Part shown: positions 39,411 to 48,175 of the stretch, in pieces
How the letters are laid out: each line of letters opens with the position of its first letter
Numbering within the stretch: position 1 is the first letter of the stretch
DNA from: a virus
DNA length: 64,000 nucleotides
Virus record (IMG/VR): IMGVR_UViG_3300014838_000017
Span: 18,349 to 82,348 of that record
Direction: 5' to 3' (one strand)
Program-made: the position numbers and the translations under genes
The notes under the pieces: generated by a model
The model's input: only the letters and a program-made list of their open reading frames with translations
Databases searched by the model: none
Told to the model about the DNA's origin: nothing

Positions 39411-40601
39411 ATGGCAGACAAAGATAAAAAGAAATCCCCCAGTAAGCATATTGATAGCGATGTATCCGTTGATCGTGATGATTTAGCATTGTTACTCCAA
39501 AAGGAAATGAACAAAGCCAATAAGGACGGTGCAAAAGTAGCATGGTTCTTGGATGAAGAGGATAATCCATGGGATATAACGGATTGGGTTTCCACGGGGT
39601 CCACTATGTTGGATTTGGCTATTTCTAATCGAGCAAATGGAGGTCTACCAGTAGGTAAGATTGCTGAAATTAGTGGGTTGGAAGGAACTGGAAAATCTCT
39701 TGTATGCGGTCATATCATTGCTGAGACCCAAAAGCGTGGAGGTCTTGCTGTATTTTTCGATTCCGAATCAGCCATTGACAAGAATTACTGGAAGGCACTC
39801 GGAGTAAATATCTCCAGCGTTCCCACCATTCCATTCACTACTTTGGAAGAGTTATTCAACAATTTGGAATTGTGCATTGGAACTTTCCGCAAAAACAGCA
39901 AAGATAGGTTGCTTACTATTTTGGTTGATTCTGTTGCCCAAGCGTCGATTGAAAAGGAAATGGAAGCTGAGCATGGTGTTGATGGATATAACACCGGCAA
40001 GTCCCTAATCTTGGGTAAGGCGATGAGAAAGATTACCAATCTTCTAGCACGTCAACGTATTCTGTTGCTTTTTACAAATCAAGTTCGTTACAACATGAAT
40101 GCCGGACCTTTCGGTGATAAGTGGATTACTCCCGGTGGAAAAGCACTTCCGTTTGCTTGTTCCGTTCGTCTTCGTGTTGCCAACCTTGGAAAGATCAAAA
40201 AGGATGAAGAAGTCATCGGAATGAAGTGTCAATGTCAAGTCATTAAGAGTCGTTGCGGTCCTAATTTCAAATTCGCTGAGTTTGAAGTCCATTATGACTC
40301 GGGCATTCAGAACTTGGCGAGTTGGCTTAAGTTCATGAAGGAACATGGTATTATCACTGGCGATGGACGTGGATATGAATACAAGCGAACCAGTGGGGAG
40401 AAGATCGAATTTAACACCGCTAAGTTCGTTGAACTTATGCAGACTGATGCTGTTCTGAAAGAAGAAATTTATCAGGCTATCTGTGCCAAGTATATAATGC
40501 AATACCGTAGCCCCGATTCCGCTATTGTTGAGAATGTTACATTTCAGGAAGGTGAAAATGATGACATCACAAAAAATGCAGTTAAAGACGAAGAGAAATG
40601 A
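39411..40601 (+). CDS. recA: RecA/UvsX recombinase
   Basis: STGS..LDLAI..GGLPVGKIAEISGLEGTGKS, DSE, VDSVA, FTNQVR and PGGKALPF. Confidence 0.95.
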   Translation: MADKDKKKSPSKHIDSDVSVDRDDLALLLQKEMNKANKDGAKVAWFLDEEDNPWDITDWVSTGSTMLDLAISNRANGGLPVGKIAEISGLEGTGKSLVCGHIIAETQKRGGLAVFFDSESAIDKNYWKALGVNISSVPTIPFTTLEELFNNLELCIGTFRKNSKDRLLTILVDSVAQASIEKEMEAEHGVDGYNTGKSLILGKAMRKITNLLARQRILLLFTNQVRYNMNAGPFGDKWITPGGKALPFACSVRLRVANLGKIKKDEEVIGMKCQCQVIKSRCGPNFKFAEFEVHYDSGIQNLASWLKFMKEHGIITGDGRGYEYKRTSGEKIEFNTAKFVELMQTDAVLKEEIYQAICAKYIMQYRSPDSAIVENVTFQEGENDDITKNAVKDEEK

Positions 40602-40667
40602 ATAATCTTCCGTCTTATTGTTTGGAAATTTTACAGAAACAGATTGATAATCTGTTAAAGGAATAAC

Positions 40668-41741
40668 ATGGAACTTACCAAAGAAGAAAAGTCCAGACTT
40701 TATGGCATCCTTCATGGTATGAGGGATAACCCGAAGAAAGATTGGAAGCGGAATACTAACTCTAGTGTTCTGCTTGTGGATGGAAATAATCTTTTTTTAA
40801 GAGCGTGGAATGCCAATCCTGCGATGGATGACAATGGAAATCATACTGGTGGAATAACGGGGTCGCTGAAATCATTAGGATACGCAATTAAATTATTGGC
40901 ACCCACTCGATGCGTTGTGGTTTTTGATGGAGTAGGAGGTTCATATAAACGACGCCAATTATTTCCTGAATATAAGGCGCATAGGAAAAATAAAATTCGT
41001 CTTAATAGAGCATATGAAGAAATGTCGGATGCTCCTACGGAAGAAGAAAGTTGTAAGAAACAATATATAAGATTTTCCCAATATCTACAAGTTCTTCCTG
41101 TAAACATTATTTCTATCAATCAACAAGAAGCGGATGATGTTATTGCATATCTTGCTACTGATTTTTTTAAGATGTCTGAGAAGGTATATATTATGTCCGC
41201 CGACAGAGATTTCCTTCAGCTATGTGATGGAAGGGTGTCGGTGTATTCTCCTACTAAGAAGCGTATCTATGGACCAACCGAAGTATTAGCAGATTACAGC
41301 ATACATCCCAATAACTTCGTGTTGTATAGAGCACTCGATGGTGATGATTCCGATGATGTCCCTAGTATTGAGTTGGCGGGTCCAAAAACTATTGTAAAAC
41401 ATTTTCCGTGGTTAAACGAAGAAAAACTTCACACGATTGACGAGATTGTTCTTCATGCTGATGGATTGAAAAATAAATACAAAGTCTGCGATAATATCGT
41501 TAACGGAAAAAGTATTTTGGATAGAAATGTTGCATTGATGCAATTGAAAGAAACTGCATTAACGACGGTTGCCCAACTGCATTGCAATGAATGTCTTGAA
41601 ACCTCTAAGATTCCAATGCTTGATCGGAATTCATTTTTTAAAATGGTGCGTGAGGATGGAATTGATAGTAATTTGCCCAACCATATAAACTGGTTACAAG
41701 ATACATTTTCTTCATTAGATTCTGTTACACGAAAAGATTGA
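40668..41741 (+). CDS. 5'-3' exonuclease / flap endonuclease (T4 RNase H-like)
   Basis: LLVDGNN, VFDG, YKAHR, EADDVIA, SADRDFLQL and GDDSDDVP. Confidence 0.92.
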   Translation: MELTKEEKSRLYGILHGMRDNPKKDWKRNTNSSVLLVDGNNLFLRAWNANPAMDDNGNHTGGITGSLKSLGYAIKLLAPTRCVVVFDGVGGSYKRRQLFPEYKAHRKNKIRLNRAYEEMSDAPTEEESCKKQYIRFSQYLQVLPVNIISINQQEADDVIAYLATDFFKMSEKVYIMSADRDFLQLCDGRVSVYSPTKKRIYGPTEVLADYSIHPNNFVLYRALDGDDSDDVPSIELAGPKTIVKHFPWLNEEKLHTIDEIVLHADGLKNKYKVCDNIVNGKSILDRNVALMQLKETALTTVAQLHCNECLETSKIPMLDRNSFFKMVREDGIDSNLPNHINWLQDTFSSLDSVTRKD

Positions 41742-41742
41742 T

Positions 41743-41946
41743 ATGTCAAAGTATGTAGTTTATCAATATTTGCCTGCGGAAGAAATTGAATGGACATTGC
41801 AACGGTTGTTTCCATATCCAGAGGATATGCGTCCGAAACCGGAGGAACGTTATTGGGTGCATGTTAAACTCGTCCCTACGGAAGACGTGCAAGTTTTTCC
41901 TATGTCTAACCCATTAAATACTGTTTTTTACATGGAGCTAATATGA
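41743..41946 (+). CDS. Hypothetical protein
   Basis: 67-aa ORF coupled to both neighbours. Confidence 0.5.
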   Translation: MSKYVVYQYLPAEEIEWTLQRLFPYPEDMRPKPEERYWVHVKLVPTEDVQVFPMSNPLNTVFYMELI

Positions 41947-42296
41947 AAAAGTATAAACTGTTAAGATTCGGACATTGCTATGTTAATAGAGATGGAACCT
42001 TTATTATTGGTCTTGTGGGTGGAAATAAGCGACACGGTTATACTATGTTAGCAAGTCATGCTCATCCGTATGTTTTTTTACAAAACATTAATGTCATGTC
42101 ACGGATAGTTCCTAATGATGGAAATTGGATGGAAATAACGCCCTATCAATATAATGCTATTTCTTCGTATCATGCGGATGGGTACATAGTAAAGCCCTCC
42201 CCGAAGGGAGGGCCATTTGTGATCTCTAAGTTTATCCCTTCCAGTCTTTCGGTGGAACAGAATATTTGTTCCCTACAAATGGTTCCGGAAAACTAA
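41943..42296 (+). CDS. Hypothetical protein
   Basis: ATGA overlap upstream; the 3' end overlaps the convergent gene. Confidence 0.5.
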   Translation: MKKYKLLRFGHCYVNRDGTFIIGLVGGNKRHGYTMLASHAHPYVFLQNINVMSRIVPNDGNWMEITPYQYNAISSYHADGYIVKPSPKGGPFVISKFIPSSLSVEQNICSLQMVPEN

Positions 42297-43155
42297 CTTG
42301 CTTTTCATTTCCAAGGGGCACACCCATTTCAACAAGTGACTCACGGCTGGCGTAATAGATGTTGGTTGTAAGTGCGAGAATACCTTTTTCGAATTCAACC
42401 TCAATGACTCGGCTTTCTTTCGATTCTCCGTAACGGGTGCCCATATCGAATCCTTGGGGTTTTACATGAGAACGAAGCATGTTAGTAGATTGTCCTCCAG
42501 CCATCGTTCTACCTCTTGATGCACCTTTGGTTGGAATGTGGTCGCATGAATATTTTTCTGGACCGGAACTCCGTTCACGTTCTACATCTCCAAATCCGAT
42601 ACTGTTATCGGCAGAATCCATTGTGGGATCACTATTACATGTGCTTCCGTATAGTGTGCAGGTTGGAGGGCCGTAAGGATTCCACGTTGGAGTCCACGGG
42701 TTAATGGGATAGTCGTGATGATGGTGATGATGCTCTTCCCTCACGATGATTGGAGTAGGAGGCAAGGGCTTAATTTTCTCATTGAAGAGACGAACGCCGA
42801 TTACACCGACATTTTTTTCCGATCCGTCTTCTTTGGAAGCAGCATAAGAACCGCCTTTGTAATCGAATAGGAACCTGGCAACCTTTTCGTCAGAAATACG
42901 GAATCCGTCAATTTTGACAGAATTGTTTCCATTGATGACATAACCGTTTCCATTTTCATCGGCTTTTTTGCCGTTGAGAATGTCGAGACCATCCACGGAA
43001 CAGACCGCAAGAATGCGCTGCCATGAATTATTTTTGATGCGGATTGAGTATTCGGCTCCCTTGTGTGCTTCGACAAAAAGTTTGCCGTCATGTGGGAATT
43101 GCCTGAGAGGTTTATCGTTGACCAGGATGTCAACTGTGTAGTTTTCGTTTGTCAT
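42232..43155 (-). CDS. Hypothetical protein with a His run
   Basis: 307 aa; YSIRIKN...SVDGLDIL.G...GYVI...IDGFR...NVGVIGV domain and HHHHHH. Confidence 0.7.
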   Translation of the reverse strand: MTNENYTVDILVNDKPLRQFPHDGKLFVEAHKGAEYSIRIKNNSWQRILAVCSVDGLDILNGKKADENGNGYVINGNNSVKIDGFRISDEKVARFLFDYKGGSYAASKEDGSEKNVGVIGVRLFNEKIKPLPPTPIIVREEHHHHHHDYPINPWTPTWNPYGPPTCTLYGSTCNSDPTMDSADNSIGFGDVERERSSGPEKYSCDHIPTKGASRGRTMAGGQSTNMLRSHVKPQGFDMGTRYGESKESRVIEVEFEKGILALTTNIYYASRESLVEMGVPLGNEKQVSFPEPFVGNKYSVPPKDWKG

Positions 43156-43335
43156 ATACTGTTTACTCCTATTGGAGATTTTTAAAATCTAACGTTATGT
43201 TAGACGTTAATAATATATCAGGTTGCAAATGAAATACAACTTATTATATTTAAAAGAAAAGTTATTATAAGTTGCCGTGGTATTTTTTATAGCGTAACAT
43301 TCACGTAACAATAAGAGCACAAAGATGAATAATAT

Positions 43336-44178
43336 ATGGAACTAAATCAAGGTGAAGTAAACAACCTCAAGAAGTTTGGCACTGCATTTCAAGCCAAATG
43401 CCTAGCAGCAATGCTTTCCGACCGTGCATTTTTGGAACGTGTCATTGACATCGTATCTCCCGATTTCTTCGAAACTGATGCCCATAAATGGGTTGTCAAG
43501 TTTATCGCATCGTATTTTCCGACGTATCATGACACCCCTACAATGGCTGTGTTTGCATGTGAAATTCAAAAGATTCCCGATGCTGTATTGAATATGGCAG
43601 TGAAGGAACAAGTAAAAATTTGTTACCTAGAAGTATCTACCGCAAAAGACCTAACTTACGTGAAGGAACAGTTTTTGTCATTCTGCCGCAACCAGAAGTT
43701 GAAAAATGCTATTTGGGCCTCGGAAGCACTTTTGAAGCAAGGTAACTACGAAGGTATTTGGAATGCCATTAACGAGGCATCCAAAGCAGGAATGGAACGT
43801 GATCTAGGTCATGAGTATCTCGCTGATATGGACAAGCGTATGTCCGCAATGGCCCGTGAGACAGTGAAGACCAACTGGCCGATTATTGATACCCATCTTG
43901 ATGGCGGGCTTGGAAAAGGTGAACTTGGGTTTGTTGTTGCGCCAGCGGGCGCAGGTAAGTGCGTTGGGCCAAATACCGAAATTGAAATCAAGTATATGGA
44001 TACCGGAATTCCGGTCGTTGGTAACTCAGGTAAGGAATATATCATTTGGATTAAACCATTTGAGAAATTTGATTTCGATGGAAAAATATTATATGGGTGG
44101 CAAATCGATAATATTTTCTTTGAACTTGAGAAAATGAAGTCGCAACTACTGGGACGGGAAAATATACAGAAAAAGTGA
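43336..44178 (+). CDS. Replicative helicase (gp41/DnaB) fragment 1 fused to split-intein-1 N-part
   Basis: GLGKGELGFVVAPAGAGK (Walker A) is followed directly by CVGPNTEI (intein block A, Cys1 at 43960); stop 72 aa later. Confidence 0.9.
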   Translation: MELNQGEVNNLKKFGTAFQAKCLAAMLSDRAFLERVIDIVSPDFFETDAHKWVVKFIASYFPTYHDTPTMAVFACEIQKIPDAVLNMAVKEQVKICYLEVSTAKDLTYVKEQFLSFCRNQKLKNAIWASEALLKQGNYEGIWNAINEASKAGMERDLGHEYLADMDKRMSAMARETVKTNWPIIDTHLDGGLGKGELGFVVAPAGAGKCVGPNTEIEIKYMDTGIPVVGNSGKEYIIWIKPFEKFDFDGKILYGWQIDNIFFELEKMKSQLLGRENIQKK

Positions 44179-44297
44179 AGTTTTTGTGTCTGTGTTAATA
44201 TGTATAAGAGATCATGAAAGTAAAAATGTTATCCGAATTGCTTCATGGGAATTTTCTCTGATAAATTGCGATGGTTATCAATCATATACAAATAAGG

Positions 44298-45221
44298 ATG
44301 AATAAGTTAAAATGTCAAATTTGTGGATTTGAGGGAATGAATTTAGTAACTCACTTGAAGTTTAAGCATTTTCAGTCGGTGGACGATTATCGAAAGAAAT
44401 ATGGACAGCGCCAAGTTTATCTTCACTCCGACGAATTGCGGAATAAAATTTCAAATACACTTAAAAAATTAAATGAAAATATAGAATTTAGGCGAGAAAA
44501 TTCCAATCGTCAGAAAAATGGCGCTTCGTGTTTAACAATTAAGTATTGGACGAATAGGGGGGTCTCCGAAGAAAATGCTCGAATAAAAATATCCGAATTA
44601 CAAAAAAATAATTGTCGGAAACATTTGGTCAATGGTGATTTACAGGAATGTTCACATTTTTCTACCAAATATTGGATAAAGCGAGGATGCACTGAACAGG
44701 AAGCGATTAAAAATGTGTATAACATACAGAGTGAACTATCATCCAAATCTTCTAAATTTCAGGGACATATTCATACCGATGAAGAAAAAGAAAGAATTTC
44801 ATCGTCTCTCAAAAAGATGATTGATGTTGTGGGAAGGGGAAAATGGGCACGCCATTTTGGGGAGTTTAATGGTCGTAGTAAAGCTGAAATCGAGTTTTAC
44901 AATTACATAAAGGAAAACATAGATTTGTCAGTTCAAGCAAATGTTTCCGTCGGAAATTATATTGTAGATGTTATTAAAACTCGGAAAATAATTGAATTTT
45001 ATGGTGATTTTTGGCACGCCAATCCATTGATTTTTTCTAAATGTAATAAGTTGTATCCACATGGCCGACGTGTTATGATGGCGGAAGATATATGGAAAAA
45101 GGATAATGCTCGTATATCTTGGCTGAGAAGTGAGGGGTATGAAGTTTTAATTGTATGGGAAACGGAGTGGAAAAAGCAAAAAGAAGTGTGTATTGAAAAG
45201 ATTAGGAAATATCTGTTATGA
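44298..45221 (+). CDS. Free-standing Vsr/DUF559-like homing endonuclease inside split intein 1
   Basis: C2H2 finger, KYW..RG repeats and YIVD...IIEFYGDFWHANP...D..R...GYEVLIVWE. Confidence 0.8.
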   Translation: MNKLKCQICGFEGMNLVTHLKFKHFQSVDDYRKKYGQRQVYLHSDELRNKISNTLKKLNENIEFRRENSNRQKNGASCLTIKYWTNRGVSEENARIKISELQKNNCRKHLVNGDLQECSHFSTKYWIKRGCTEQEAIKNVYNIQSELSSKSSKFQGHIHTDEEKERISSSLKKMIDVVGRGKWARHFGEFNGRSKAEIEFYNYIKENIDLSVQANVSVGNYIVDVIKTRKIIEFYGDFWHANPLIFSKCNKLYPHGRRVMMAEDIWKKDNARISWLRSEGYEVLIVWETEWKKQKEVCIEKIRKYLL

Positions 45222-46357
45222 TTTATAAGCGTGTTACGACCGAGAAAATAAAGATGGTAGAATTGTTTTCCCGCCTTGGCGTGGAGAACAAAGAAAATGC
45301 CAAGATTTCCGTCCCATTTCCGTTGGGAGTGAATACTCCATACGGATACAAAAATATTATCACGGTATTTAGGACCGAAAAGCAGCGGGCAGTGACGACC
45401 TATTTCAAAAATAATAAGACATTGAAAACTTCCAATGATCATTTATTGAAAGTAAATGGCGATTGGAAGAAAGTCCGGGACATTGTAAAATCCGATATTA
45501 TCGAAACTGAAGTGGGAACGACCTCTATAAAGATGCAACATATTGGGAAGTTGGAAATTTTATATGATATTTCGGTGGAAGATGTACATTGTTATTATTC
45601 GAACGGTATAGTATCTCATAATTCGTGGGTATTAGCTCATCTTGGGGCCGAGGCTATGCTGCAAGGTAAGAACGTTATGCATTTCACGATGGAGTTGAAT
45701 GCGGAGTATGTTGGCCTTCGCTACGACTCTATCTTTTCGGGAGTAGCATTTCAAGACGTTCGGAAGAATCGACCACTTGTTCAGAAGAAAGTTGATGAAA
45801 TCAAGGCCAAGGGCTGTGGGAAACTCTTCATTAAATATTTTCCTACCAAGACTACATCGCCCGCTTCATTGAAGATGCATATTGAACGATTGCAGTTGAT
45901 CACTGGTGTCAAAATTGATTTCGTGGTCGTTGATTATGCCGACTTACTTCGTCCATTCATGCAAGATCGCAACTCCAACAGTTATAGCATTGGGGGCGAT
46001 ATTTATGGTGAACTTCGTGGTGTTATGGGAGAACTCCAAGTTCCTGGTTGGTCGGCGAGTCAAAGTAATAGATGTCTAACTTTAGACACGAAGGTTATAG
46101 TAAAACGTAATAATTTACATGATATGGAAGATATAATAGGGAATATCAAAGTAGGTGATCAACTACTTACGCATTGTGGTTATAAATATGTATCTCGTGT
46201 ATTTCCAATACAGACACAACCGGTGTATAAAATTTGTTTAAAAAGCGGTAAAACTATAACATGTTCGGCGAATCATGAATTCCCATTAAAATATGGAATT
46301 TTAAGATCAATTAGTGATGGTCTCTCTGTTGGAGATAAATTATTTACTAAAAAGTGA
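45218..46357 (+). CDS. Helicase fragment 2: intein-1 C-part, 150-aa helicase core, intein-2 N-part
   Basis: YDISVEDVHCYYSNGIVSHN|SWVL (junction 45622/45623), HFTMEL, VVVDYADLL, SASQSNR|CLTLDT (Cys1 at 46073) and TCSANHEF. Confidence 0.92.
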   Translation: MIYKRVTTEKIKMVELFSRLGVENKENAKISVPFPLGVNTPYGYKNIITVFRTEKQRAVTTYFKNNKTLKTSNDHLLKVNGDWKKVRDIVKSDIIETEVGTTSIKMQHIGKLEILYDISVEDVHCYYSNGIVSHNSWVLAHLGAEAMLQGKNVMHFTMELNAEYVGLRYDSIFSGVAFQDVRKNRPLVQKKVDEIKAKGCGKLFIKYFPTKTTSPASLKMHIERLQLITGVKIDFVVVDYADLLRPFMQDRNSNSYSIGGDIYGELRGVMGELQVPGWSASQSNRCLTLDTKVIVKRNNLHDMEDIIGNIKVGDQLLTHCGYKYVSRVFPIQTQPVYKICLKSGKTITCSANHEFPLKYGILRSISDGLSVGDKLFTKK

Positions 46358-46390
46358 TATTTTGGGTTACACTCCATATTTATTATATAT

Positions 46391-47602
46391 ATGAAAGAAC
46401 TTTATTATAAGGATAGAAATCATTTTTTAAGTCAAAAATTTGCAATTTTATTTGAAAAAACTCTAAGTCAACATTCGTTAATGCAAATTGATAATATTAT
46501 TAAGAGATTTAACAAAAAGTATCTTAATAATATTAAAAAAGACATGGTAATTAATTTACTAAAATATAATGTTGATGGTGATTGGGTTGATCGATTATTG
46601 AAAAGTGAAAAATTTAAAAAAGATGGATTCTCGTGGGATTCTTGTCAATTACGATATGGAAATGTAGGCGAAAAAATATTTCATGATAGAGTAGAAATGA
46701 TAAGGCATACTAGAGAAAAATATACGGAAGAACAATGGAAAAAAATATGTGTTAGTAAACGTTCCAATCTTGGTCTGAAGGGTTATATTTTAAAATATGG
46801 TGAGACGGATGGAACTCAGAGATGGAATTCTTATTTGAAGAAATGGAAAATTGGAATTAATAAGAAGAAAAAATATGGGTGGAATAGTGGATGTACGCTT
46901 GAAAATTTTCAAAGATTATATGGGGTGCTAGAGGGATATAATATATGGAAAAATAAATCTATAAAACATAAAAAATCATTATCCTTGGATGGATATATTG
47001 AAAAATATGGGATGTACAATGGAACTAAAATGTGGAAAGAGGCGTGTAATAATAGAGCCGTAACATCATTATCAGCATTTATTAAACGGTATGGTAAAAT
47101 CGACGGTGCATTACGACATAAAATTCTTTGCCATCGGCTTTCCTATATTAGTTCGGAGGCATATTATATCGAAAAATATGGAGAAAAACTGGGAACTGAA
47201 AAATATAAAGAAAAAATAATAAGAGCGTCCGAACATAAATTTGATGGATATAGTAAAATATCGCAGGAATTATTTTGGGAAATATATAATAGACTATATG
47301 ATCAATTAAAATTGGAATGTCATTTTCATAGTTTGGATTATGAAGTTTATTTTTTTGTAAATAAAGAGTGGGCTAAAATAATAAATGTCGATTTCAAATG
47401 TAGGAATGCTATAATTGAATTCGATGGTACATATTGGCATCAATTGCCCTTTCATGTTAAACGAGACCCTCTACGAGATCAATATTTGATTGAACGTAAG
47501 TATAAAATTTTGAGAGTAAAAGAAGCCGATTATAATAATAATAAGCAACGAATGATTGATATGTGTGTTAAGTTTGTAAAGGAAAATTATGAAAACCCAT
47601 AA
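46391..47602 (+). CDS. Free-standing PD-(D/E)XK homing endonuclease with KYG..G repeats inside split intein 2
   Basis: Repeated YI.KYG...G...W, then SKISQELFW and VDF...IIEFDGTYWH...D..RD. Confidence 0.8.
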   Translation: MKELYYKDRNHFLSQKFAILFEKTLSQHSLMQIDNIIKRFNKKYLNNIKKDMVINLLKYNVDGDWVDRLLKSEKFKKDGFSWDSCQLRYGNVGEKIFHDRVEMIRHTREKYTEEQWKKICVSKRSNLGLKGYILKYGETDGTQRWNSYLKKWKIGINKKKKYGWNSGCTLENFQRLYGVLEGYNIWKNKSIKHKKSLSLDGYIEKYGMYNGTKMWKEACNNRAVTSLSAFIKRYGKIDGALRHKILCHRLSYISSEAYYIEKYGEKLGTEKYKEKIIRASEHKFDGYSKISQELFWEIYNRLYDQLKLECHFHSLDYEVYFFVNKEWAKIINVDFKCRNAIIEFDGTYWHQLPFHVKRDPLRDQYLIERKYKILRVKEADYNNNKQRMIDMCVKFVKENYENP

Positions 47603-48074
47603 ATTGAACCCAATGGAATTCTCAATGGATGAAATTATAAGCATTGACTGTATCGGAGATGCTCCTACGGTGGATATTACGGTAGAAGATGTTCATATGT
47701 TTTATGCCAATGATATTTATACGCATAATAGTGTTCATGAAAGTGACATTATTGAAGCTGGCGACGTAGCTGATAGTTATCAGAAAATTATGATCGGTGA
47801 TTTTATTATGTCTTTGTCCCGTAAAAAGGAAGATAAGATGGCGGGCACTGGACGCATGTATATTATGAAGAATCGGTTTGGTCCCGATGGAACTTGGTAT
47901 CCATTGTCATTCGATGCATCGTGTGGAAAAATCGACCTCTACGAACAAAACTCAGTCGAAGCGAATGAAATAATTAGTCGAGTGAAGACCGTTGAAGACC
48001 AACTTAAAGAAATTTTTAAAAAGTCTTGGAACGAGAATAAGAAAAAACAGAGCGGCGATAACAGTGGTTCCTAA
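47589..48074 (+). CDS. Helicase fragment 3: intein-2 C-part plus helicase C-terminus
   Basis: DEIISID...TVDITVEDVHMFYANDIYTHN|SVHESD (junction 47729/47730), ADSYQK..DFIMSLSR and KNRFGPDG. Confidence 0.92.
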   Translation: MKTHKLNPMEFSMDEIISIDCIGDAPTVDITVEDVHMFYANDIYTHNSVHESDIIEAGDVADSYQKIMIGDFIMSLSRKKEDKMAGTGRMYIMKNRFGPDGTWYPLSFDASCGKIDLYEQNSVEANEIISRVKTVEDQLKEIFKKSWNENKKKQSGDNSGS

Positions 48075-48175
48075 ATAGCAGGTTCATAAAAATAAACGCT
48101 TGTTGACCGAGAAATTTACTTTAGTAGTTACATATTAAAATTATCTACTTATACTCACCTACAAAAATATAGAAT

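Noticed and set aside
44214-44261. 15-codon ORF MKVKMLSELLHGNFL resembling the start of IntC1
   Set aside because: Too short to distinguish from chance.
44179-47588. Group I introns or stop-codon recoding as the explanation for the broken helicase
   Set aside because: The non-coding gaps are too short for ribozyme cores. The downstream fragments have their own ATGs overlapping the nuclease ends, and other genes end normally at TAA, TAG and TGA.
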